DNA from: a virus
Length of the DNA: 64,000 nucleotides
Reading direction: 5' to 3' (one strand)
Virus record (IMG/VR): IMGVR_UViG_3300031419_000010
Coordinates: 46,871-110,870 of that record
Below the pieces are notes generated by a model that saw nothing but the letters and a program-made list of their open reading frames with translations, searched no databases and had not been told where the DNA came from. This document shows, piece by piece, positions 30,138-39,194 of the stretch. A program made the position numbers and the translations under genes. The number at the start of each line of letters is the position of its first letter. Position 1 is the first letter of the stretch.

Positions 30138-30931
30138 GCGATAGCTCCTGACGAGCGGTAGAATTTTGAAAGCACATAGGCAGAGTAACGCGGCTTAGAA
30201 AGGTAAAGCGTTGCGTCACTCACACGCATAAAGTTTTCCAGACGACTAATCATGCGATCCGAAAACGCATTTTCCCATGCAGGATCGATCGAGAAAGAAT
30301 CATACTCAATCTTCTTAGGTGCGTCGGTAAACATTTCCATCAAGGATTCCGGGGAAAGCTCACGCGGAACAATGTTGTTGTCTCCGAGAATCCCGATGCC
30401 GCCAGACTGAGGACGAGAAAGAGACTCTTCCACAATCCAAGATTTCATACTCGCTTCGAATTTTTCGCTGAACTCGACCGGAACATAAACACGCGTCGGA
30501 TGCTCAGCAGTAGAAGCAGTGCGAATTGAGCGGAACATTTCCGCAAGGGATCTTGAAAGTTCGGTTGCGTTGATAACCTGCAAACTTTCAGACATAACAA
30601 TGTTGATGCCGTTAAACGTATTGCCGCGCAGATGCGCAGATGCACTGTGAATGCCTACGGCTTTGATGCCGATAGGATCGCGGCGCAGTTTTGCAAACAG
30701 TGCAGACTCTGCCGCTTTTTCAGTTACGTCCACATAAACGAACGGACGCGTTTGCAAAAGGCTTTTGAACTCATTAAACGTTTCAGTATGATTCAGCTTT
30801 CGGGCTTCGCGCATTTTGTCAGTCGCTTCTTTATTGCGATGATGCGCACCGTGAATCAAACCATCAATAACGAAACCATCACGAACAACGATCACTTCGA
30901 TTAACTTTGACATACATATCTCCTGCCGCAT
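30134..30931 (-). CDS. hypothetical protein
   Basis: Downstream of a CTGTAAA motif. Confidence 0.7.
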   Translation of the reverse strand: MRQEICMSKLIEVIVVRDGFVIDGLIHGAHHRNKEATDKMREARKLNHTETFNEFKSLLQTRPFVYVDVTEKAAESALFAKLRRDPIGIKAVGIHSASAHLRGNTFNGINIVMSESLQVINATELSRSLAEMFRSIRTASTAEHPTRVYVPVEFSEKFEASMKSWIVEESLSRPQSGGIGILGDNNIVPRELSPESLMEMFTDAPKKIEYDSFSIDPAWENAFSDRMISRLENFMRVSDATLYLSKPRYSAYVLSKFYRSSGAIA

Positions 30932-30951
30932 TGGGCTATTAGAGAAAAAAT

Positions 30952-30974
30952 AAGGGAACTAAAAAGTTCCCTTT
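30952..30974 (-). terminator. intrinsic terminator
   Basis: AAGGGAACT-AAAA-AGTTCCCTT hairpin with a T tract on the minus strand. Confidence 0.6.
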
Positions 30975-31030
30975 GCTCAACATGAGCGATAAGACTACAC
31001 ACAGCAATGTGTTCTTTACTTGTCTACCGT

Positions 31031-31441
31031 TTACAGTTTTGGTGTGAAATCTTTTCCACACTGGTAGACAGGGCGATACATAGATCCGAGCCATTGGAAT
31101 ACCACAGCACAGACCGCAAATTCATTCAGGGAAGGCCAACGAATAACAGAACTTCCAAAGATTACGCCAACAAGATTTTCGTTTCCGGGAATTTGAATAT
31201 CATCCAGATACTGACTGAAAGTTTCAGCAACCATTCCAGTGCTGTAATCTTTGATCGCATCAGCAACAGAGTTGCCAACACAAAAAGCAATAAAGCAGGC
31301 GCTGGACGGTTTATACATTTCTGCATCACATTTAATCGGAAGCAAAGCAATCGGAGTAAATGGAATGTTCGCTTTTTCTTCTGGTGAAGCAAGATGAGAA
31401 CCGGAATAAATTTGAGTAGGGAGAATATAATCTCGCATCAT
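31031..31441 (-). CDS. hypothetical protein
   Basis: ORF after recA. Confidence 0.65.
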   Translation of the reverse strand: MMRDYILPTQIYSGSHLASPEEKANIPFTPIALLPIKCDAEMYKPSSACFIAFCVGNSVADAIKDYSTGMVAETFSQYLDDIQIPGNENLVGVIFGSSVIRWPSLNEFAVCAVVFQWLGSMYRPVYQCGKDFTPKL

Positions 31442-31474
31442 TACCTACAAAGGCGGGTTTCCCCGCCGTGTAAA

Positions 31475-32995
31475 TTAATCGTCGTCGTTATCATCGTTAT
31501 CGGTAGACTTACCTTTAGCGATAATACTGGCACGAAGAAGATCGCGACCTTTAGGCGATTGCAGGAACTTGAAACACCAAGCGCGTAAGCTGTTAGGTTT
31601 GACACCCATCTTTTTACAAACTTTGGTGATCTGTTCTTTGTTGCCGTTGATCAGTGTGCGGAACTCCTGCCAATCAATTGCGTTTTTGCTTGCAAGAGGA
31701 CAAGGATCATTGAACTTGATACGGTTACGCGTACCAGAGATCAGGCCGATAGTTTTCATATAGTGCCATGTATCGAACACTGGATCAAAACCACGCGCTT
31801 CACCTTTGCCGTCAGATTCCCACAAACGAACCCACGTTGTTTGGTTTGGAATACCACCCATTTTATTTTTAACCGTACGAATCGCGATAAAGCGATAACG
31901 GTCAATGCCGCCCGGAACGGTAACGCTGTCTTCACCAACGATCCCCGGCGCATCTTTCAGAACAGTCCAACCTTGCGGAACTGCACGGCTTGCCATACGC
32001 AGACGAACGTCACTATAGAATTTCAGTGCATCGCCGCACGGTTCATATTCAGGACTACCAAACATTGTCGCAGGTTTCTGACGCAACTGGTTGATACCAA
32101 TAATCGTCATCATCTTACGACGCATACCGCCACGGAAACGTTTGATACCGTCCGAGAACATACGCGCTTGAAGCGCCATTGCTTTTGAACCTTCGTCATC
32201 GTCAACTTGATCCGGCATCATTGCAGGATAAGAGTCAACGAGCGTAAGGCTTTGCATGTGCGCATCAGGTGCCGGAACTTTGAATTGGTTATGACTGCTA
32301 AACCATTTCTTGTCGTAGTGATTGCCGACGAACTTTTTATTCTCTTTGGTATTCTCGAAAATAAAGAATGCGCGACCGTCTTTTTCAACAACCTTATCAG
32401 GAAGACGGCGACGAACACTCGACATATAATCGAAGAACTTCTCGCCGTTGTCTGGTGCGTAGTAACGAATACGTGGGCGAACTAACCACTCATCGGTTTC
32501 CGTATCTTTAACACCAAAGATTTCTTTCGGATCGATTTTAACGCCAAGCGTCTTCAACTGGTTAGCGGCGTATTGTTCATCTGCCGAACCTTCGTAGTCA
32601 AAGTAACTTGTGGTGCCACGGAAGTTTTGTTTGATCAGCGCAGCAGCGATACACATCGCGAGAGTTGATTTACAACTTTGTTCACCGCCTGCAAACGTAT
32701 ACCAGCCGCCCGGAACGATACCGCCATCCAGATACATATCCAGCGCCAGAATCCCGGTACTGATACGCTCCGCATAACGCATCATGTTTTGCGAACTGAT
32801 TTTCGTTTTCTTCTCAACCGCGTCGATTACGCCGTCAAGGTAAGCGTTCATGTCAATGCCAAATGCTTTCGGTTCGATTGCATCGATCACTGACTTCGCC
32901 GCTTTCTTCACAACTAAATCAGATCCCTCAACCGCTTTGGTTTTGGAAACTTTTTTAGCTGGTTTTTCTTTCTCTTTGGTTTTGGTTTTAGCCAT
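31475..32995 (-). CDS. recA: RecA/UvsX-like recombinase
   Basis: ISTGILALD, GGEQSCKST, LVDS, ALQAR, INQLR, GDALKFYSDVRL, TVKNK. Confidence 0.92.
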   Translation of the reverse strand: MAKTKTKEKEKPAKKVSKTKAVEGSDLVVKKAAKSVIDAIEPKAFGIDMNAYLDGVIDAVEKKTKISSQNMMRYAERISTGILALDMYLDGGIVPGGWYTFAGGEQSCKSTLAMCIAAALIKQNFRGTTSYFDYEGSADEQYAANQLKTLGVKIDPKEIFGVKDTETDEWLVRPRIRYYAPDNGEKFFDYMSSVRRRLPDKVVEKDGRAFFIFENTKENKKFVGNHYDKKWFSSHNQFKVPAPDAHMQSLTLVDSYPAMMPDQVDDDEGSKAMALQARMFSDGIKRFRGGMRRKMMTIIGINQLRQKPATMFGSPEYEPCGDALKFYSDVRLRMASRAVPQGWTVLKDAPGIVGEDSVTVPGGIDRYRFIAIRTVKNKMGGIPNQTTWVRLWESDGKGEARGFDPVFDTWHYMKTIGLISGTRNRIKFNDPCPLASKNAIDWQEFRTLINGNKEQITKVCKKMGVKPNSLRAWCFKFLQSPKGRDLLRASIIAKGKSTDNDDNDDD

Positions 32996-33054
32996 TACTA
33001 TAGGATTCCTGAGAAAAGAAAAGGCGACCGAAGCCGCCTCTTGAGATTACCTAC

Positions 33055-34293
33055 TTACTTCTTTTTCTTTTTGGATTTCTTGTCATCAGAAGATGATTTC
33101 TTTTTCTTCTTAGACTTTTTGGAATCCTCTTCATCCTCATCGTCGTCATCCGACTTTTTGGATTTCTTTTTCTTCGAAGACTTGTCAGAAGACTTCGACG
33201 ACTTAGAAGATTTGGAAGAAGATTTCTTTTTCTTCTTCTTGCTGTCTTCTTCGTCTTCGTCATCCTCATCGTCCTCATCGTCGTCTAACAGCTTACGCGA
33301 TTTGGATTTTTTGGATTTCTTCTTAGACTTTGAATCGTCTTCATCTTCATCGTCTTCGTCGTCATCCTCATCCTCATCCTCGTCGTCATCCAGCTTGCGA
33401 CGTTTCTTGTCGGACTTTTTATCCTTGCCTTTCTTTTTCTTGCCGAGCGACATTGAATCATCATCGTCGTCTTCGTCATCATCGCCATCAGCAACTTCGC
33501 TACCGCCGATAATGTCCATGCGTTTGAATTCAGTCAGCGCGTCTTTCTCGCTCAGACGGCCCAACGCGTCATAAATCTTTTCCCAATCTTCAAAGTTCCA
33601 AGTCAGATATTCTGACTCTTCCTCAGTGATCGGACGATGCTTGCCGCGCTCAACAGTGTATTTGTTCGCAGCCGCTGCTTTGGCGTCGTATTTGATCTCA
33701 ACGTCACAGCCATATTTCGGATGGTTGATCGGGAATGCCTGTTCGACTTTCTTCCCGGTTTTCTTATCCTTCACTTTATGGAAGTTACGTTCGCCAAGCT
33801 GTTTGATTTTGTTCGCAAGGCTGTTAGTGATTGGAACCACAACAACCGGAGTCCACGAATCAGAATCTTTATCTTTCTTACCAGTTTTTTCTTCCTGCTT
33901 TGAATGCTTAGGAAGTTTGCGCGGTTTCGATTCTTGCTCGTCGCGAGAAATCGCCTGAACGAACCATTTGAAATCGAACTGCGCTGGCGCACCAGATTTA
34001 TCATCACCATGCTCAAGCGCACAGAAAGGACATTTCATTCCACGCAGAGGATCGCGGCTATCCGGATCGAAACTCACACACATCATCGGGATCTTGAACA
34101 GCTTGTCCTTTTCTTTCCCGCCCATGATGCGCACCCAATGCTTTTTGATTGGTAAGAAATCGAGTGCGAGAATACGAATAGTTGTCCACTGTCCTGCCGC
34201 TTTTTTCGCAAGCGGGAAGATTTCCCACAAATCAGTTTCGCGAAGATTGTCGCGACTGGAATTGTCAGAAACGGCATCAAAACCACGGGCCAT
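33055..34293 (-). CDS. ssDNA-binding protein (gp32-like) with blocky acidic/basic tail
   Basis: Adjacent to recA; IRIL, HW, CPFC and GCDVEI in a gp32-like order; ~145-aa D/E and K/S tail. Confidence 0.65.
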   Translation of the reverse strand: MARGFDAVSDNSSRDNLRETDLWEIFPLAKKAAGQWTTIRILALDFLPIKKHWVRIMGGKEKDKLFKIPMMCVSFDPDSRDPLRGMKCPFCALEHGDDKSGAPAQFDFKWFVQAISRDEQESKPRKLPKHSKQEEKTGKKDKDSDSWTPVVVVPITNSLANKIKQLGERNFHKVKDKKTGKKVEQAFPINHPKYGCDVEIKYDAKAAAANKYTVERGKHRPITEEESEYLTWNFEDWEKIYDALGRLSEKDALTEFKRMDIIGGSEVADGDDDEDDDDDSMSLGKKKKGKDKKSDKKRRKLDDDEDEDEDDDEDDEDEDDSKSKKKSKKSKSRKLLDDDEDDEDDEDEEDSKKKKKKSSSKSSKSSKSSDKSSKKKKSKKSDDDDEDEEDSKKSKKKKKSSSDDKKSKKKKK

Positions 34294-34356
34294 GTTAAGT
34301 CCTCAAAATTTGGAGTGAATCGGTATACACAGTATGTTTACAGATTCTGTTTTTAA

Positions 34357-35400
34357 TTACGACAAGTCCTGTCGGCGCATGTACGATCTCATGAAGTCTA
34401 ATTCTTCTTTTTCGAATGCTTCCCTTATATCCATCGTAAGTCGAGCAATACCGAACGGATCAACACGTTTTACCAACAGTCCTAATTTTTCTGCCTGTCT
34501 GGTTCCATTCACAGAGTCTTCAAGGTTATCCCCACCGACTCTGAAATGCAGAGAGGAATCCGCGCCTTCTGATCCTTCGTCAGAATCATTCGGGTTTGTA
34601 TCCAGACTCACAGAAAAGTTAACGGATGAAGTGTCCTCTTTTGTTGCGAGGCGTTTTTTCTGAGTCTGCGGAATAATGTAGGCAATCCCATATTCGTGAT
34701 CGCTGCTACTACAAGTCTGCGCATTCAGAATCCACCACTTCACGTACGAAACAATAGCGCCCTTCGCACTATCATATTTGTTTATTGCGATTAGAACATT
34801 GCGCAAGAAGTTTTGATTAACGTCCTTGCTGTCATACTGTTTGCCTTTGTTCGTGTCGATATAAAACTTCGCATGTTTCTGGCACAGGCGATAAAAATCA
34901 GCAACGACAGAATGAAAGTAATCCTTAAACAAAGGCAGCATGTCATTCAAACGTACCAGCGCTACAAAAAGTTTTGAACGCGAACTCGCACCAGTAGCAG
35001 TAACAATCGCATCCAAACGTTTTGCATATATCTTTCGCTTATCGCTATCCGTTGTTGAAATGAACAAACGATACAAATCAACATAGGTGCGATAATATTT
35101 GTTTAGAACGTTTTCCAAGAAGATATAGATAAAGTTCCGTTCCATCTTCACTTCGACCAGATACTGCATTCGCATGTCACGCGGCGTAGTCAAAGTTTTG
35201 ATAACCAGACTGATCGCACGTTCACGCGTTTCTGCATTATAAGGCTTACGCTTTTTATTCGAAGTGACCAGACTCAGGAGATAAATCAACTGCACATCAA
35301 ACAAGTCTGTGTTTTCCACAATCTCGCGCAATGAATCATAAAGCAGCGTATCTAAAACATCCTCAGTCTGACCGCCCGTAAGATTGGACTTGTCTGACAT
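34357..35400 (-). CDS. sigma-70 family phage sigma factor
   Basis: Region 2: DVNQNFLRNVLIAINKYDSAKGAIVSYVKWWI; region 3.2-like VSLD. Confidence 0.75.
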   Translation of the reverse strand: MSDKSNLTGGQTEDVLDTLLYDSLREIVENTDLFDVQLIYLLSLVTSNKKRKPYNAETRERAISLVIKTLTTPRDMRMQYLVEVKMERNFIYIFLENVLNKYYRTYVDLYRLFISTTDSDKRKIYAKRLDAIVTATGASSRSKLFVALVRLNDMLPLFKDYFHSVVADFYRLCQKHAKFYIDTNKGKQYDSKDVNQNFLRNVLIAINKYDSAKGAIVSYVKWWILNAQTCSSSDHEYGIAYIIPQTQKKRLATKEDTSSVNFSVSLDTNPNDSDEGSEGADSSLHFRVGGDNLEDSVNGTRQAEKLGLLVKRVDPFGIARLTMDIREAFEKEELDFMRSYMRRQDLS

Positions 35401-35437
35401 TTATCGCACCCACAGAATAGTTGACCCTACCTTACCT

Positions 35438-35725
35438 TTACAGTTTTCGCGTAGTTTCACGATCAACATACTCTAATTGTTGTTCCAAAGTTTCAAACTT
35501 TTCAGGCTTGAACTTTCCGAGATCAGACGGCGCAGGAGGATTGTCTTGTGCAGCTTTTTCTTTCTGCAATTTTTCATCCTCTTCTTCCTTTTTGCGAATT
35601 TCTTCCGGCGAGGTTTCGTCGTTGTATTCGCGGAAACGTTCACGTTCCTTTTTGTGGTCTTCTGCGCGTTGTGCGTTGTCTGAAAGTTGTGGGCCGTCTT
35701 GTGCAAGATCGATTTCTACTTTCAT
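35438..35725 (-). CDS. small charged protein (MKVEIDLA leader)
   Basis: ATGA overlap with the upstream stop. Confidence 0.7.
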   Translation of the reverse strand: MKVEIDLAQDGPQLSDNAQRAEDHKKERERFREYNDETSPEEIRKKEEEDEKLQKEKAAQDNPPAPSDLGKFKPEKFETLEQQLEYVDRETTRKL

Positions 35726-36192
35726 TTCGCCTTTTCCCTTGTTTGGTTGCCAAGCGTAATGCGGAGCAAAGGAATGTGAGGTGACATAATGATGTTGTGC
35801 AAACATTCCAATTCAGCCTCAGAACTATTTTTCGTAATAGTGATATGAGGGCGATAAGGAATGTGATCAAAGTTCACGTTAGGGTTTGCGTGGATTCGCG
35901 CATGTTCCGCTTGAAGATCTTCCGATTCCAAAGTCAGAACCAGAATGTTATCGTCTGGCCCGAACAATTCAACGCCTGCAATAACGGCTTCGAAAGTTCC
36001 GGTGCTTAGAGGAATGTCGTTGTCCGGATTGCGATTATCAAATGCAATCGTAACGTGCAGGTTATCCAAATCTTCCGGAGCGGCGACTGCGCTGCAAATC
36101 GCTTTGATCATTTGAGACGATTTTTCGTCAGGATGTAATTTCCACAAGCCGGGAGTCACAGGGTTTAATCTCCAGTGGATGAAACTCACCAA
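35722..36192 (-). CDS. 2H phosphoesterase, Acb1/T4 gp57B-like anti-CBASS nuclease
   Basis: Two HxT motifs (LHVTI, YRPHITI) and LVLTLESEDL, in the gp57B/Acb1 layout. Confidence 0.75.
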   Translation of the reverse strand: MVSFIHWRLNPVTPGLWKLHPDEKSSQMIKAICSAVAAPEDLDNLHVTIAFDNRNPDNDIPLSTGTFEAVIAGVELFGPDDNILVLTLESEDLQAEHARIHANPNVNFDHIPYRPHITITKNSSEAELECLHNIIMSPHIPLLRITLGNQTREKAK

Positions 36193-36649
36193 ACGTCACA
36201 GCGGTTTTGCAGATCGGACAAGGCGAACGGCCTTCCGCGTGAGTAATGTATTCCGGATGAATCGTACAGGGGAAATCACTGTTGTAGAAAACACGGAACA
36301 CATAACCGCGAACAGTTTTGTCATCCATAAAACGAAACGGACGAACATGAAAACCATTCGGCATCAAATGAGTTTTGATGTAATCAAAGATAAGGCGATA
36401 CTCATATTCAATATCGCCGCCAAAGTTTTCAGGCAGTCTAGTAAAAATAACATCCACAACTGGCTTGATAAACTTTTGATCGGTATTTTTGAACGGATGC
36501 AGATAACGGCAAACTTTGTTGTCTTTCAACAACTCAACCGGATAGCAAAAAGAGTCTCTGAAAAGAACATTGTGCCAGCGGTCTTTTTGAGCCGCCAGCT
36601 TTTTAATGAAATCTACAAAAGCCTGTTCATGCTGTTTTCTGTTTTGCAT
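36128..36649 (-). CDS. hypothetical protein with C-terminal Cys/His cluster
   Basis: CTIH...CPIC. Confidence 0.6.
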   Translation of the reverse strand: MQNRKQHEQAFVDFIKKLAAQKDRWHNVLFRDSFCYPVELLKDNKVCRYLHPFKNTDQKFIKPVVDVIFTRLPENFGGDIEYEYRLIFDYIKTHLMPNGFHVRPFRFMDDKTVRGYVFRVFYNSDFPCTIHPEYITHAEGRSPCPICKTAVTFGEFHPLEIKPCDSRLVEITS

Positions 36650-36653
36650 AAAT

Positions 36654-36872
36654 TTATTCCGTTGTGTATTCGCAATTACATGGTTGTTCTACTGTATCCG
36701 CGAAGCCAGAAGGTTCAGAAACTTTTCCGCATTTGGTGCAAGTCCGTACCCAACCGTGCGGAGACAAACGCGCTGCGCTCATCGTGTTGCTGATTGGTGT
36801 GGGATCAGGCATCGCTAAAGTTTTCCCTAGTGTTAATCTGCGCCGCCTGTTACCACAAGTAGCGCATCCCAT
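36654..36872 (-). CDS. small Cys-rich Zn-binding protein
   Basis: CATC, CTKC, CNC. Confidence 0.6.
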   Translation of the reverse strand: MGCATCGNRRRRLTLGKTLAMPDPTPISNTMSAARLSPHGWVRTCTKCGKVSEPSGFADTVEQPCNCEYTTE

Positions 36873-37190
36873 TTAAAACTCCAGTTCGATATGAATTTTG
36901 TTTTCAACCGTCGCGGTTGAAACTGTTTTGGCAGTACGCCCAATCAAACCGTCAATTTGTTCCTGCGTCATTTTACGCAACAGATGAGGACGCAAAAACT
37001 CTACGATCTCAGTGCTGAGTAAAACATCGTGGCGCACAAAGTTTGAAGGCGATTCTTTTGCCTTAGTCTTTGCAGCAGACCAGCATTGTTCTGAATGCTT
37101 TTCGATCTCACGCATGATAATGCCGCGAGTGAATCCGTCAATGACAGAACCGTTTTGCATTGGAAGAACAAAGCGAGAACAAGTGATCAT
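36873..37190 (-). CDS. hypothetical protein
   Basis: Coupled ORF. Confidence 0.6.
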   Translation of the reverse strand: MITCSRFVLPMQNGSVIDGFTRGIIMREIEKHSEQCWSAAKTKAKESPSNFVRHDVLLSTEIVEFLRPHLLRKMTQEQIDGLIGRTAKTVSTATVENKIHIELEF

Positions 37191-37471
37191 ACGAAATTTT
37201 CCTTGTGTGATTCAAAAGATGGATTGCGTGGTAACGCGCTGAACACGAAACTCACGTCAGGTTGTTTGCCGCACGACATTCCTAACTTTAGTCCAGAAAT
37301 GTACATCCCTTTATATTTTTCGATTGTGCTACAAAATGGAGACAGCAGATCAATCGTTTCCTTGTCCACGAAAATATCGGCCATAAGATCTTTGTTTTTA
37401 TTTTCCAGCTTGCTCCAAATATCAAGCAGACCAGAAACGGGATGTACAGAGGTACTGGACATTGCGCTCAC
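37187..37471 (-). CDS. hypothetical protein
   Basis: Coupled ORF. Confidence 0.55.
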   Translation of the reverse strand: MSAMSSTSVHPVSGLLDIWSKLENKNKDLMADIFVDKETIDLLSPFCSTIEKYKGMYISGLKLGMSCGKQPDVSFVFSALPRNPSFESHKENFV

Positions 37472-37473
37472 CT

Positions 37474-37629
37474 TTAGAAAAGAGTAACCACTTTTTGCCG
37501 TCTTGAATCGGTGCGGCGCATTTCGCGAGTGCGACCGCGTGGTTTAGATTGGAAAACTTCACGAACAACTTCTTTCAGTTGTTTTTCTTCTTCCTTGCCA
37601 AGATCAAATCCTGAATATGCGAAACGCAT
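37474..37629 (-). CDS. 51-aa basic protein (not in the track)
   Basis: MRFAYSGFDLGKEEEKQL...VVTLF* exactly fills the gap. Confidence 0.6.
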   Translation of the reverse strand: MRFAYSGFDLGKEEEKQLKEVVREVFQSKPRGRTREMRRTDSRRQKVVTLF

Positions 37630-37630
37630 T

Positions 37631-38290
37631 TTAATCACCGTTAGTTTTAATTCGTTTGGCTAGAGCCATTGCATGTTTACACAGTGCCGGAACATGCGCG
37701 GGGTTTGTGTAATCAGGCGGCTCCCCGTTGCCATAAATAATTCGACCTGCGCCGTGTTCAGCATTCGCGTACTCCCACATAAACACGTAGTTAGCACACG
37801 GACAACTTACCATGACACGTTTTTGTTTTGAGATAGGTTTGTTTGGATCGTCCAGACCAACAAACATAACTTCATATTCACGAACTTCTTTCGAAGGACG
37901 CAAAGGATCTTTATGGCGAACTTTTGCCATAACAACAGGAAGTGCTTTTCCTGTTTTGGTTTTCTTATAACCGCGCACATAACACTCATCGCCATTTTCA
38001 CGCATCAAGCGCGGAGTGTTTTTGATCAGCAATGTAAGGCTTACGCCTTTATCCATCTTTGCAGTGCGTGGCGGTTGCGGAACTTGCTTAGGTGTAAAAG
38101 GAGTGGCGGTTGCAATACGCTTTTCACCACTTGTCATACGTCGCGACTTATCGCTAGACGCACTTAAAGTTTTTACACCCTTCGCATACTTCCCGCTGGA
38201 AACTTGCTTCAAAGCCTTCTGTCGCTGCTCCGCTTGTTTGGCAGCAGGACTTTTCTTTGTGGGCTTTGCGAGTGACTTGTATTTAGCCAT
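37631..38290 (-). CDS. SWIM-type zinc finger protein
   Basis: VSCPCANY...LCKH (CxC...CxH); Lys-rich N-terminus. Confidence 0.7.
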   Translation of the reverse strand: MAKYKSLAKPTKKSPAAKQAEQRQKALKQVSSGKYAKGVKTLSASSDKSRRMTSGEKRIATATPFTPKQVPQPPRTAKMDKGVSLTLLIKNTPRLMRENGDECYVRGYKKTKTGKALPVVMAKVRHKDPLRPSKEVREYEVMFVGLDDPNKPISKQKRVMVSCPCANYVFMWEYANAEHGAGRIIYGNGEPPDYTNPAHVPALCKHAMALAKRIKTNGD

Positions 38291-38985
38291 TCGAAAATGA
38301 TCTCCTTTGGTACAAAGAAATGTTGATCGGACGTAGTGCGAATGTGGCTCAACTTTTCTATCGTGTCATCCATGTGATTTGGAATACGCGTATAGCGAAA
38401 GTGAGTCGCACCACGATCAAGATTTCTGTTTGAGCAAATGCCGATCAATTCTGAACAAAATCCTTTATCCAAAATAACAGGAATCAGATCATGCGCAATT
38501 GCGACAGATTCAACAGTTCGCATAAGCCACGAAAGATTTTGAACAGCGCCTTCGGAAGAACGCAAACGTATTTGATCGGCGGGCTTGCCATTAAACCAAA
38601 TACTTTCGATAACAAGAAAGTTATTTTTTCTGGTCAGTTTGAAACTACAACGAGGAGTTACAGGACTCGTTTTCATAAGTGTGTCGATTGCGATCAAACA
38701 ATCAACCAGCGATTGACTATCGCCCATGCCTTCATGAAAACATGCAAGTTCTGTTTTATTCTTCGTCGTCTCCAAAGTCATCGTCAGAGTCTCCAGACTC
38801 ATCACCCGCGTCTTCGGATTCTTCATCCTCTTCTTTTCCACCAGATTTTTTGTTCTTTCCTTTACCTGCGCCGCCTGCATTATCGGAGTCGTCGTCGGAA
38901 GCATCATCGTCAGATCCAAAGTCATTTGAGTCATCATCACCGAAACCCTCGTCATCATCTTTCGAATCATCCGTGGCTGCGGCAC
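38209..38985 (-). CDS. hypothetical protein (start uncertain, probably near 38780)
   Basis: Fills 38290-38755. Confidence 0.5.
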   Translation of the reverse strand: MPQPRMIRKMMTRVSVMMTQMTLDLTMMLPTTTPIMQAAQVKERTKNLVEKKRMKNPKTRVMSLETLTMTLETTKNKTELACFHEGMGDSQSLVDCLIAIDTLMKTSPVTPRCSFKLTRKNNFLVIESIWFNGKPADQIRLRSSEGAVQNLSWLMRTVESVAIAHDLIPVILDKGFCSELIGICSNRNLDRGATHFRYTRIPNHMDDTIEKLSHIRTTSDQHFFVPKEIIFEWLNTSHSQSPQRKVLLPNKRSSDRRL

Positions 38986-39187
38986 CCTTCTTATCTTTTA
39001 CAGATTTCTTAGGTGCTGCTTTTTCTGCAACTTTCTCCTTTGCTTTCTCTTCTTCATGCTGGCGTAAACGCTTCTCCAGCGCTGAAAATTCTGAAAGATC
39101 CGTACGCGTTGTTGAAGACTCAGGAGAATCCAAAGTGCTTCGCCCTTTGTCGCTAGTGTTTGCACTCAGCGAGATTAAAACTTTCAT
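38756..39187 (-). CDS. low-complexity acidic protein with MKVLISLS leader
   Basis: GAGG SD; D/E/G/K-rich. Confidence 0.75.
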   Translation of the reverse strand: MKVLISLSANTSDKGRSTLDSPESSTTRTDLSEFSALEKRLRQHEEEKAKEKVAEKAAPKKSVKDKKGAAATDDSKDDDEGFGDDDSNDFGSDDDASDDDSDNAGGAGKGKNKKSGGKEEDEESEDAGDESGDSDDDFGDDEE

Positions 39188-39194
39188 AGTGACC

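Noticed and set aside
33041-33574. Poly-Ser/Phe plus-strand ORF and apparent tandem repeats
   Set aside because: Antisense of the SSB D/K tail; codon-level low complexity, not a CRISPR array.
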